Shown piece after piece: positions 1-9,171 of a DNA stretch of 64,000 nucleotides. The position numbers and the translations under genes are program-made. The notes beneath the pieces are model-generated. The model was not told the DNA's origin. It did not search any database and worked only from the letters and a program-made list of their open reading frames with translations. The stretch's first letter is position 1. Each line of letters begins with the position of its first letter. Source of the DNA: Candidatus Yanofskybacteria bacterium (GTDB taxonomy: Bacteria; Patescibacteriota; Minisyncoccia; 2-02-FULL-40-12; GWA2-44-9); NCBI GenBank assembly GCA_020852375.1, contig JADZAY010000019.1, forward strand, positions 15,319 to 79,318. The letters are read 5' to 3'.

Positions 1-1
1 A

Positions 2-340
2 TTTCTATCAATTAACATTGGACATTGGGATAGTACAGATTTAAGAAAGATGAGTGAGGAAGTCGGCTTAAAGGATGTTTATGATCAATACTATAATTGG
101 ACTTCCGGCTACATACACGCCAACTGGGCGGCAATGAGAGAGTCTGTGTATGAGAAATGCCTTAATCCACTTCACAGACTCCACAGACTTCCCACAAGAA
201 ATTTTACCAAGCTAACCCCAGTTATCACTGATGCTCAAAATCTCTCTAATAAGATTTTTGAGCTGCTTAGTAAAGCCTATCCTGAATTTTCAGACAGGAT
301 TAAGCCTTTAGTGAACGAGGAGGCGGCAAAAGATAAGTAA
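2..340 (+). CDS. 5'-truncated hypothetical protein, DUF5677-like (AT-rich island)
   Basis: Frame is open from the window edge (FLSINIGHWDSTDLRKMSEEVGLKDVYDQYYNWTSGYIHANW). The Y..xSxYxH motif recalls DUF5677. AT-rich. Confidence 0.6.
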   Translation, partial: FLSINIGHWDSTDLRKMSEEVGLKDVYDQYYNWTSGYIHANWAAMRESVYEKCLNPLHRLHRLPTRNFTKLTPVITDAQNLSNKIFELLSKAYPEFSDRIKPLVNEEAAKDK

Positions 341-678
341 GAAGGCATATCAGTCTCCCCGTCAAAACTGTTGCAGCGTTGCGTTGCACCTTCATTGCAT
401 CATTGTGCATCATCGGTCATCCACGGCAATCTATGATAACACGATGCAATCATTCTGTTGGAAACCGGCTTTTTCGGTAAATACTGCTTGATCCGACTGA
501 ATTTTATTACGCATTCAATTAGTGCCATTCAAAAGTTTCAAGGAGGCGAGTGCAACTGTTGCAGCAAATTGTTGCGTTTCAATTTTCACAAATTTTGAGA
601 GGGTGTCTCGTGGATATAACTAAGTTAATAAAAGCTATGACGTACTACCATTCCATCTAATCCATTCTTGTTAAAAAT

Positions 679-1065
679 ATGCTAAAAGACAATAAACTAT
701 ATTCGGACGAGTTAGCTTATGTAAAAAGTAAGGGAGCATTATTAAGAAATGTCGTTGTGCTCTCGGCAATGATAGAAGCCCATATTACTTCTCTGGCAGA
801 CAGTTTTTTGATAGCACATAAAGTTAAATACAAGCCCCGCACTGAATGGGACGAGTATGGTTTTGCAATAAGAATTATTGAAGGAAACTCTTTGTTATCA
901 AAGGAAGAACTTAAATCCATTTACGATTTTCGTAAGATTAGAAAGCTGATATTCCACAACCTATTCAAAAGTGAACTAAGCCGGTCTGACTTCAATAGTT
1001 TGATAAAACAGGCTTATAGCATCGGCCTAAAGGTAGTTGAGGCGCTGGAAGGCAAGGAGTTATGA
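679..1065 (+). CDS. hypothetical protein, AT-rich, possibly HEPN-like
   Basis: 128-aa ORF, helical, with an RKIRKLIFHN (R-x4-H-like) segment near the C-terminus. Confidence 0.6.
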   Translation: MLKDNKLYSDELAYVKSKGALLRNVVVLSAMIEAHITSLADSFLIAHKVKYKPRTEWDEYGFAIRIIEGNSLLSKEELKSIYDFRKIRKLIFHNLFKSELSRSDFNSLIKQAYSIGLKVVEALEGKEL

Positions 1066-1140
1066 CCTTACGAGTAGCAACAATTGATTGATCTGTTGCA
1101 GTGATACCGTAGGATAAGGGAAAATCTCCTCCCATTTAAT

Positions 1141-1339
1141 GGTTCGGATATGCGCCCTCCAGGCGAGCATAAAGCAAAACGAGACCCGTGTGGGTCTCGT
1201 TTTGCTTTTATCGTTTAGGCGGGAGGGACGAGAACGCCGAACGGATGCGACGCCAGCTGGTGTCGCCCGGAGGCGGTGCCCAGCCCGAGCCGAGTGACTG
1301 ACGAGGCGAGAGGCGAGGGCGAGTCCTACCCGCGGAGCA
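1141..1339 (+). mobile_element. putative attachment-site remnant: two tRNA-3'-end-like segments around a 17-bp hairpin, at the AT/GC boundary
   Basis: GGTTCG...CAGGCGAGCA (1141-1169) and CGAGTCCTACCCGCGGAGCA (to 1339) resemble a tRNA T-arm plus acceptor 3' strand, with no 5' half. Composition shifts here. Confidence 0.5.
1171..1210. terminator. perfect 17-bp inverted repeat, possible bidirectional terminator
   Basis: AAAGCAAAACGAGACCC-gtgt-GGGTCTCGTTTTGCTTT. Confidence 0.7.
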
Positions 1340-1344
1340 GATAA

Positions 1345-1373
1345 TTGCATAAACCACAGAAATGTGGTATAAT
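1345..1373 (+). promoter_or_regulatory. sigma70 promoter with palindromic spacer
   Basis: TTGCAT-17 nt-TATAAT with extended TG. The spacer region contains ACCACA-gaaa-TGTGGT. Confidence 0.75.
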
Positions 1374-1450
1374 ACGTTGTTAGGTAATCACGCCTACAGC
1401 TGGCGGAACGCCAGTTCTTTCAAAACTGCGGAACGCAGTAGGAGTAAGCC

Positions 1451-2455
1451 ATGAAGTTGAGTGCCCGGAAGAACCGGAAGCTGATCCAGCAGTATCCGTT
1501 CGTCCACGACATCTTGGGATCACGAAGCCTGGAGCCCCTGGGCGGCGAGCGGGTTGGGGGGCAGATCGACGACCTTACCATCCGCGTGCAGAAGGCGGAC
1601 GGCGACCTGATGTTCCGCCGGGCCCACAACATCGGCTTGGCGGGCGACAACGGACACATCTTCTCGCTGAAGGGCCCGCGCAATGGCCAGGTCGGTCGGT
1701 GCGGTGAGTACATCTTCGCAATCGATGCGAGCGGAGGCATCCTGAATCGGGTCGCGTGGCCGCGCAATCAGAATGAGCGGCGCGGGAAATCGAACCTCTA
1801 CGCGTGGTCGGTGCTCTGGGCCGGACGAACCACGCTGGCGAACGGAGAGCTAGGATACACTAAGCCGATCTGTGACAAAGTCGCATACCTCGTCTGGGTC
1901 ACCGTGGAGGCGTGGCACAAGATGACCGGGGTGGCGGCCGCACCGTTCGGGGAATTCGTGGATCGCCTGGTGGAAGTCACCATCTACGGAGCGCCGGACT
2001 GCGGATTCGAGAAGCTCCAGGAGAAGTCGAACGTCTACGAGAACCTCCACCTCGACAGCAATACCCTCATGAATGCGATGCTCGACAATGACTTCGACAT
2101 CATCTCGATCAACGGCCAGCTCAGCGAGCTGTGCCAGTCCTTCCAAGACGACGTCTACTTCAGCGGCATGAAGGAGGTGCTCGATAAGGGCAACGTCCGC
2201 GGTGCCTCAGGTCAGCTGGGCCCGGTGAAGGTGCTCGTCGGCGAGATGTGCGGCTACGACCGCGTGCAGCTCGAAGACGGTTCCTGCTGGGTCTCGTTCC
2301 AGCTCCGTCCCGGCGCCAAGAACATGTACGTGCTGGGTGTCGGCGGGACGCTTCCCCAGATCCGTCGGCTCATCAAGACCGCGGTGAAGGCCTGGAGCGA
2401 GAAACCCGAAGTCCGCGCTGCCTTCAAGGCGGATCGCGAAGTCTCGGTTCTGTAG
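1451..2455 (+). CDS. hypothetical protein (334 aa)
   Basis: Long ORF with AGGAG SD, its own promoter, and a downstream hairpin. Confidence 0.8.
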   Translation: MKLSARKNRKLIQQYPFVHDILGSRSLEPLGGERVGGQIDDLTIRVQKADGDLMFRRAHNIGLAGDNGHIFSLKGPRNGQVGRCGEYIFAIDASGGILNRVAWPRNQNERRGKSNLYAWSVLWAGRTTLANGELGYTKPICDKVAYLVWVTVEAWHKMTGVAAAPFGEFVDRLVEVTIYGAPDCGFEKLQEKSNVYENLHLDSNTLMNAMLDNDFDIISINGQLSELCQSFQDDVYFSGMKEVLDKGNVRGASGQLGPVKVLVGEMCGYDRVQLEDGSCWVSFQLRPGAKNMYVLGVGGTLPQIRRLIKTAVKAWSEKPEVRAAFKADREVSVL

Positions 2456-2468
2456 CTTGACGCCACGC

Positions 2469-2504
2469 AGGGGTGCATGGAGAAATCCGTGCACCCCGCT
2501 TTTT
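2469..2504 (+). terminator. rho-independent terminator
   Basis: GGGGTGCATGGA-gaaa-TCCGTGCACCCC followed by GCTTTTT. Confidence 0.65.
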
Positions 2505-2617
2505 CCAATACACCAGAAATCGCGGTAAATGATCTCGCACTCATACTGTCGGTGGCGACGGCATCAGCTGTCGCCTTTTCTTTTACGACACGAAAGTGGT
2601 AGATTTTTTATCTCAGC

Positions 2618-3037
2618 CTAGTGCACGCCGTGGCGCTCGAAGAATGCGCTGTATTTTTTATCTGAGAGGAGAATGTGGTTGCTGAGCCAGGTTATCGAAA
2701 AGTTTGCGAGTTCTTCCGCTAATACTTTCGTTTCTTCTGGGTTGGTCTCGAGCTGTGCGAGTAGTACCCGCACTTTGTCGCGGTAGTGGTCGTGCTCTCG
2801 GATATGCTCTGCGGTGTGCGGATAGGAAAGCTCATGAAAATACCGCTCCTCGGTCGTCAGGTGGTATACGGCATAGTGCTCAAGCTCGCGCGCGATCGCG
2901 ATACAATCCTCCGGCGCCATGTCGGGTCGCTCGATGAGGTCGATGAGGTCGTTCGTGATGCGAAAGAAGTTCTTGTGCTGCTCGTCGATCGATGCTACGC
3001 CGACGCTATATTCCTCTTTCCAGATGAATTTTTGCAT
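2618..3037 (-). CDS. bacteriohemerythrin
   Basis: WKEEYSVGVASIDEQHK, HLTTEE, HIREHD and WLSNHILLSDKKY motifs. ATG at 3037 follows a GGAGGTGA SD that overlaps the upstream stop. Confidence 0.9.
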   Translation of the reverse strand: MQKFIWKEEYSVGVASIDEQHKNFFRITNDLIDLIERPDMAPEDCIAIARELEHYAVYHLTTEERYFHELSYPHTAEHIREHDHYRDKVRVLLAQLETNPEETKVLAEELANFSITWLSNHILLSDKKYSAFFERHGVH

Positions 3038-3044
3038 CGGTTGG

Positions 3045-6000
3045 TCACCTCCGATACACCGGTACCTGCGAGAGCGCGGTGTAGGGTACGGGAGACTGTG
3101 CGTACCAATTGAACTCGTTGGAGTTGATGCAGAAGACCTTCTTGAAGAAGTCGGGGTCTTCGGAGACGGCCTGGGCACCGGTCAGGTTAATGTGGTGGAG
3201 CATCCCCGTATCCTCGCCGGTGACCTGAACGGCGTAGACCTCTTCGGCGTTCGTTTCGCAGTTGCGGAAAATGCCGGAAACGGGGAACGCGTCGCGGGTG
3301 GTCGGGGGAACCGTCTTCACGACGCTCCAGCCGCCGAGGTGGCCGTAGAAGCCGAAGATGACGGGGTTCAGGAAGAGGCGCTTGTAGCCGATCTCGTTCA
3401 CGATGTAGACGTCGGGGTCGGCAGAGTCGGTGGCACTGATGACGTCCCCTTCACGGAGACCAAGCTGGTCGGGGGGTGTCGGGGTGCCGCTGCCGGAGGG
3501 TGCAGGAGCTGGAGGCGTGCTGGGTTGTGGCGCAGGAGCCGGAGTGGGTGTGGGGGTGCTCGCATCGGAGGTGTAGGTGACTGTGCAGGTGTAGCCAACA
3601 CCGGAGAGTGCGAGGAGGTGACCTTGTGAGTCGCAGTCGCCCCCGAAGATGCGAGTGTAGCCGGTGAGCGGGGTTGCGCTTACGGTGTAGGAGCCGGCCA
3701 GGGCGGGATAGCCAACATTGGGGTCGATGAGACCAGTGTTCAAGGTGAGCTGAACATCCGCAGCGGTTGCTGAGCCGCCGGAGATGGCGAGGGTGACGCG
3801 GATGGAGCCGGCGGGGTTGGAGCCGCCGCCGGACGCAACGACGCAGGTGCTCGTGAAGCCGTTGAGGTTCAGTGTGCCGGCGGTGATCGTGCAGGTGCCG
3901 GAGGTGATGAAGTTGTCTTGTAGGTCCCACGAACCACCGGCGCCGTTGAAGGTGAGGTTGCTCGCGTAGGTCTTACCGGCGGATGTGATGAGTTTTGGAC
4001 CGGTGATAGCGGTGAAGGTGAGCGGTCCCGTGTAGGAGTTGGTCATGCCGGAGCCGAGCGTGATACCACCGGCGATGTTTGCCGAGCTCGCACCGCTCCA
4101 GGTGCCCGTGAAGCCGGAGAAGCTGAGCGAGCCAATAGTGGTGTTGGCGGTATTCCAAGTGAGCGCGGCGGAGGTGCCGGTGGATGGATCGGTGACATCG
4201 CCGAAATTCGCGCCGCCGTTGAGGTTTACGGTGCCACCGGTGTCTGAGGCCATGGTGACGGAGGCAAAAGCATCGGAGGATGCCGCAGAGATTGTCTTGG
4301 CAGAAGTGGAGGTGTCGGTGATAGAGAGCCTTGGAGCGCTGGTGTAGGTGAGGTTCGTGTTCGTGGCGGTGTTCCAGACAGTGCTGATGAAGGTGAGTGT
4401 CCAGATTCCGGAGCCGGGGGTGAGCGTTCGAACATTGCTGTTGGAGCTGGAAAAGGTTCCGGTGGTGACGTTCTTATTGTTCGCATCAAAGGTGCCCGCG
4501 GTGAGCGTGAGAGCGCCGGACGTTAAGACGAGATCATCTGCGAGTTGCAGCGTCCCACCGCTTCCATTCTCAACGAATGTTGCGCCGCCTCCAATTGCTA
4601 CCCCATTCGAAGTGATGATTTGTGTACCGGAGGTCGCGGTGAAGGTAAGTGTGTGGCTCGTCAGCGTCGCTGTCATTGTTGGCGCAAGTGTGAGGTTGCC
4701 GGAGACATTGAACGGAGCGCCGACACTTTCGCTCCAGGTGCCTGTGAAGCCCGTGAAATCCAGATTATGGATGGTTTGAGCGTTTCCGCTTCCGCCGGCT
4801 GTGAAGACTGAGCTGGTGCCTGTTGCCTGCACAGACACATCACCAAAGTTTGCCGGATTCGAGCCGGTGCTTGTGAGGTTCACGGTGCCCGCGGTGGTGG
4901 GGGTGATGGTCACGGAGGTGAACGTATCATTTGCCCCCGCGATAATCGTTTTTGAGGTTGTCGTTGCGTTCAGCACGCTTAAAATGGGCGGCGTGGTCAT
5001 CGTCAGGTTCGTATTCGTGGTGGTTGTCCAAATAGTCCCTGTCCCGGTGAGTGTCCAAGTTCCAGAGCCGGGAGTGATTGTTCGGACATTGCTATTCGAG
5101 CTAGAGAAGTTGGCGGTGCTGACGGTCTGGTTATTTGCATCGAATGTCCCAGCGGTGAGTGTAAGGGTGCCAGACACAGTTACCGCTCCGCCGGCGGTAA
5201 AGGTGCCTGCGGTAAGTGTGAAGGTTGCCGCAGAGACCGTGTTTCCGGCGGTGAACGTTCCGCCGTTGATGGCAAGCGTAGAGGACGTTGAAATGGCACC
5301 GGCGTTCGTAATGGTTCCTGAGGTGAGGGTGAGTGTGCTGGTCGTTGTGAACGCATCGGCGAAGTGGAGGGTCCCGCCGGTGCCGCTCTTGCTGAATGCG
5401 GATGCAAATGACTTTCCGGCGGAGGTAACCGTCTGGGTTCCGGAAGTTCCCGTAAACGTGAAGGCCCCGGTTTGGGTCCGGGTCATCCCTGTGCTCATCG
5501 TGAGGTCGCCCGTGAAGGTCATATTGTTGGCACCAGACCATGTGCCCGCGAATCCTGTGAAATCGAGACTGTTGAATGAAAATGTCGGAAAGCCGGCGCT
5601 CGTGAAAGCGATACTCGTACCCGAAGTGACGAACACGTCATGGAATGCGATTGTCGCGGCAGTGCCACCCGTGAATGTTCCAGCACCGGACATCGAGAAT
5701 TCGATATCGTTGTAGCATCCGGCGGCGACATTGCCCGCACTCATGGTCGGTGCGGCACCGGTGAACTTCAGACGTCCGCTGGAGGTACAGGTGATGTTGG
5801 CAGTCGTAGCCATCGTCCATGCGGAACCGGTTGCGGTGACCGTCCAGAGCCCGCTCCCCATCGTCAGCGTATGTGCGGTGGCGCTGTTTGAAGAGAAGCT
5901 CGCGATAGTGACATTCTGATTGTTTGCATCAAAAGTGCCAGCCGTCATGCTCAGTGCGCCTGTCGTGACAAGCGTATCCGCAAGCTGAACCGTGCCGCCA

Positions 6001-9000
6001 GCTCCGCTCACCGCTATTGCTGAAGCAAGAGAGAGTCCGTTCGTGGTGAGCACCTGAATACCCGAAGTAGCAATGAACGTGAGGGCACCCGTGCGAGTGA
6101 GGGTTATGCCAACCGGAAAGGTAATGCTATCGGAAAGATTGATGTTCCCCGCCCCTGCCCACGTCATTGTCGAAGAGAGCGTCACAGCTCCCGTCGTTGT
6201 CACCGTCCCGCCGGTCGTCCAGGTGCCGGTAAAGCCCGTAAGGTTGATGTTGCGCGCATTGGTGGTGGTGCAGCTGCTGGTGAAGGTGACGGCCGTAGAT
6301 GCTCCCGTGCCCGCGATGTTGATATCTCGGAATGTCGAGGTCGTACATGTGGCAGAAGAAAATGTGATCAATCCAGCGCTGCTCGTCGGGACCGTAAAGT
6401 CATTAAATGTGTTTGCCGCAATCGTGATCGTTTTTCCGGTCGTGCTCGTATCGGTCACGGTGAGCGTGCTGGTGTTCGCATTCAGCGTGAGGTTTGTACT
6501 GGTCTGAGTAGTCCATACCGATCCGGTACCGGTCAGCGACCAAGTCCCAGATCCCATCGTGATCGTCCGGGCATTGCTATTAGAGCTCGAGAATGACCCG
6601 AGATTTATGTTCTGATTGTTTGCATCAAAGATGCCGCTGGTGAGTGTCAGCGCGCCGGTTACCGTCAGCGTATCGGCAGGCGAGAGGGTGCCGGCGCCTG
6701 ATTTTGTAACGACAGGAAGCGAAATACTGTTCGAGGTGATGGTCTGCGTGCCTGAAGTCCCTGTGAATACGACGCCGCCGGTGTTGGTGCGGGTGAGTCC
6801 CACAGGGAGGGTGAGGCTTGAAGTCGACAATGTAATACTGCCGGTACTTGCCCACGTCATGGTTCCCGAGAGCGTGAGGGTTCCGTTGATGACGTTAAGG
6901 TTCGTGTTCTGCGTCCAGGTGCCCGTAAAGCCCGTGAAGTTTACATTATTGAACGTAAAACTATTGTTTGTTCCGCCGAATGTGAGTCCGGCGGATGTTC
7001 CCGTTGCCGCAACGGTAAGGTCGTGCAGAGAGACTCCACCGCTCGAGCCTCCACTAAAGGTCACGACTCCACCCGCAGCGGACGCGATGGAGACATCGTA
7101 AAAAACCGTAGCAGCGCTCGTGCCACCAGGAGAGAGCGTCTTTCCGGTGGCGCTTGTATCGGTGATGGAAATGGTACTCGTTCCCACGTCGAGGGTGAGG
7201 CCGGTTACGGTGGCAGTAGTCCAGATCGTTCCCGTTCCCGTGAGCGTCCACGTTCCGGAGCCCATCGTGAGCGCGCGGGTATTCGAGTTCGTGCTCGAAA
7301 GACTGCCCATCGTCAGGTTCTGATTGTTCGCATCAAGCGTTCCGCTGGTTAGAGTGACGGCTCCTGTTGTCACGAATGCATCGGCGAATGTCAGCGTTCC
7401 CCCCGCTCCTGATTTTGTGATGGCCGACGCGAGTGAAATGCCGTTCGAGGTGATGGTCTGTGTGCCGACTGTTGCGGAAAATGTGATACCTCCGGTAGTG
7501 GTGCGCGTGAGACCAATGGGAAGCGTGAGGTTCGACGTTGAAAGCGTGACGCCACCGGTACTTGCCCACGTCATGGTTCCCGAGAGTGTGAGGGTGCCGT
7601 TGATGACGGTTGGGCTGCTATTCGTCCAGGTGCCGGTGAAGCCGGTGAAATCTAAGTTGTTCACAGTGAGCCCCTGGTTTGTGGAAGCAAAGGCATACGC
7701 CGCCGAAGTACCGGTCGCAGCAACCGTGACGTTGTTCATGGTGCAACCGCCACTCGTACAACCGGAAACGGTAACCGATCCGGCCGTGCCGGAAGGAATC
7801 GATAGGTTGTACATAACAGTACCGCTTCCCGGGAAGGAAAGTGTTTTTGTGGTAGTGGTCGCATTGGTGACAGAAACCGTGCTGGTATTCACATTAAGGG
7901 TGAAATTTGTGCTGGTGGTAGCATCCCATACGGTGCCCACACTCGTGAGCGTCCACGTTCCCGAGCCCATAGATAAGGTGCGGGCGTTCGTGTTATTGCT
8001 CGAGAATATGCCCATCGTCAGGTTCTGGTTGTTCGCGTCGATGGTGCCGCTGGTCAGAGTCAAAGTCCCGGTTGTCACGAAGACATCGGCGAATGAGAGC
8101 GTTCCTCCAGCTCCTGACTTTGTGATTGCGCTCGTGAGGGTGTTCCCGTTTGAAGTAATGGTTTGGGTCCCGGAAGTCCCCGAAAACGCAATAGTCCCGG
8201 TGAAGGAGTTGGTGAGACCGATAGGAAGTGTCAGTCCGCTTGTTGAGAGGGTGATGGTGGCGCTGCCCGCCCAGGTCATGGTGCCGGAAAGCGTAAGGGT
8301 GCCCGCGACGGAAACCGTGCCGGAGCTGTGCGTCCAGGTGCCCGTAAAGCCGGTAAAGTCAAGGTTGTTGAACACATAGGCTACGTTTGTTGTGGCATAG
8401 GCGAGTTGAGCAGATGTACCTGTCGCGGCGACCGTGACGTTGTGGATTGCACACCCTCCGGAGGCGCAGCCAGAAAGCGTGACCGTACCACCGGCACCTG
8501 AGGGAATTGAAAGGTCGTATAAGAGCGTCGCCGTTGAGGAAAAAGCGAGAGTCTTTCCGGTGGTGCTCGAATCGGTGACGGAGACGGTGCTCGTCCCGAC
8601 ATTTAACGTCAGATTGGTTACCGTAGATGTGGACCAGATCGTTCCCGTTCCGGTGAGCGTCCAGGTGCCTGAGCCCATGTTGAGGGTGCGGGTGCCGGTT
8701 CCCGTACCACTAAACGTGCCCATCGTCGGACTGTAGGTCGCAAAATCGAGCGTGCCCGTGAAGGCGCCCATGGTAATAGAGGTGACGGTAGGGTCATAGG
8801 CAAGGGTAACTGTGCCACCACCGGAGGAACCGTCGAACGTGACGGTATCCGCAGCACCGGGGACCGATTGACCCCCCGCTCCTCCGGAAGTTGCCGCCCA
8901 GTGGGTGGTATCGGCGGCATCCCAGGTGCCGGTGCCACCGACCCAATAACGGGAAGCAGCCGAAGCTTCGTGCGCCGAAAGAAGGAGCGAGAGCGCAAAG

Positions 9001-9044
9001 CCGATGCCGAAGAGCGTGATGAATGTTTTGCGGCGCGCAAACAT
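3045..9044 (-). CDS. giant secreted Thr/Gly/Ser-rich repeat (beta-helix-like) surface protein/adhesin, ~2000 aa
   Basis: Signal peptide (…AHEASA), then RYWVGGTGTWDA, ~7 repeats of roughly 205-270 aa (GTQTITSNG…DANNQN…MGSGTWTLTG), a PT/PA linker and a C-terminal KRLFLNP domain. Confidence 0.9.
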   Translation of the reverse strand: MFARRKTFITLFGIGFALSLLLSAHEASAASRYWVGGTGTWDAADTTHWAATSGGAGGQSVPGAADTVTFDGSSGGGTVTLAYDPTVTSITMGAFTGTLDFATYSPTMGTFSGTGTGTRTLNMGSGTWTLTGTGTIWSTSTVTNLTLNVGTSTVSVTDSSTTGKTLAFSSTATLLYDLSIPSGAGGTVTLSGCASGGCAIHNVTVAATGTSAQLAYATTNVAYVFNNLDFTGFTGTWTHSSGTVSVAGTLTLSGTMTWAGSATITLSTSGLTLPIGLTNSFTGTIAFSGTSGTQTITSNGNTLTSAITKSGAGGTLSFADVFVTTGTLTLTSGTIDANNQNLTMGIFSSNNTNARTLSMGSGTWTLTSVGTVWDATTSTNFTLNVNTSTVSVTNATTTTKTLSFPGSGTVMYNLSIPSGTAGSVTVSGCTSGGCTMNNVTVAATGTSAAYAFASTNQGLTVNNLDFTGFTGTWTNSSPTVINGTLTLSGTMTWASTGGVTLSTSNLTLPIGLTRTTTGGITFSATVGTQTITSNGISLASAITKSGAGGTLTFADAFVTTGAVTLTSGTLDANNQNLTMGSLSSTNSNTRALTMGSGTWTLTGTGTIWTTATVTGLTLDVGTSTISITDTSATGKTLSPGGTSAATVFYDVSIASAAGGVVTFSGGSSGGVSLHDLTVAATGTSAGLTFGGTNNSFTFNNVNFTGFTGTWTQNTNLNVINGTLTLSGTMTWASTGSITLSTSSLTLPVGLTRTNTGGVVFTGTSGTQTITSNSISLPVVTKSGAGTLSPADTLTVTGALTLTSGIFDANNQNINLGSFSSSNSNARTITMGSGTWSLTGTGSVWTTQTSTNLTLNANTSTLTVTDTSTTGKTITIAANTFNDFTVPTSSAGLITFSSATCTTSTFRDINIAGTGASTAVTFTSSCTTTNARNINLTGFTGTWTTGGTVTTTGAVTLSSTMTWAGAGNINLSDSITFPVGITLTRTGALTFIATSGIQVLTTNGLSLASAIAVSGAGGTVQLADTLVTTGALSMTAGTFDANNQNVTIASFSSNSATAHTLTMGSGLWTVTATGSAWTMATTANITCTSSGRLKFTGAAPTMSAGNVAAGCYNDIEFSMSGAGTFTGGTAATIAFHDVFVTSGTSIAFTSAGFPTFSFNSLDFTGFAGTWSGANNMTFTGDLTMSTGMTRTQTGAFTFTGTSGTQTVTSAGKSFASAFSKSGTGGTLHFADAFTTTSTLTLTSGTITNAGAISTSSTLAINGGTFTAGNTVSAATFTLTAGTFTAGGAVTVSGTLTLTAGTFDANNQTVSTANFSSSNSNVRTITPGSGTWTLTGTGTIWTTTTNTNLTMTTPPILSVLNATTTSKTIIAGANDTFTSVTITPTTAGTVNLTSTGSNPANFGDVSVQATGTSSVFTAGGSGNAQTIHNLDFTGFTGTWSESVGAPFNVSGNLTLAPTMTATLTSHTLTFTATSGTQIITSNGVAIGGGATFVENGSGGTLQLADDLVLTSGALTLTAGTFDANNKNVTTGTFSSSNSNVRTLTPGSGIWTLTFISTVWNTATNTNLTYTSAPRLSITDTSTSAKTISAASSDAFASVTMASDTGGTVNLNGGANFGDVTDPSTGTSAALTWNTANTTIGSLSFSGFTGTWSGASSANIAGGITLGSGMTNSYTGPLTFTAITGPKLITSAGKTYASNLTFNGAGGSWDLQDNFITSGTCTITAGTLNLNGFTSTCVVASGGGSNPAGSIRVTLAISGGSATAADVQLTLNTGLIDPNVGYPALAGSYTVSATPLTGYTRIFGGDCDSQGHLLALSGVGYTCTVTYTSDASTPTPTPAPAPQPSTPPAPAPSGSGTPTPPDQLGLREGDVISATDSADPDVYIVNEIGYKRLFLNPVIFGFYGHLGGWSVVKTVPPTTRDAFPVSGIFRNCETNAEEVYAVQVTGEDTGMLHHINLTGAQAVSEDPDFFKKVFCINSNEFNWYAQSPVPYTALSQVPVYRR

Positions 9045-9171
9045 GCCGAATGACAATGATTTTCCTACTCATTCTACTTCACTCCGCACGAGAAGGGAAT
9101 AGAAATCGGGGGATTTCTTTTTCTTGAGATATGTGGGATAATCAGGGAGTAGCTATCACAACAATATTTCC

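Noticed and set aside
1217-1339. Intact tRNA gene
   Set aside because: Only a 3' T-arm/acceptor-like part is present. No matching 5' acceptor strand, D arm or anticodon arm was found.
2477-2602. 41-codon ORF (MEKSVHPAF…TRKW)
   Set aside because: It starts inside a terminator hairpin and has no supporting initiation signal.
4039-8736. Many Val/Pro-rich + strand ORFs
   Set aside because: They are antisense shadows of the Thr/Gly-rich giant protein.
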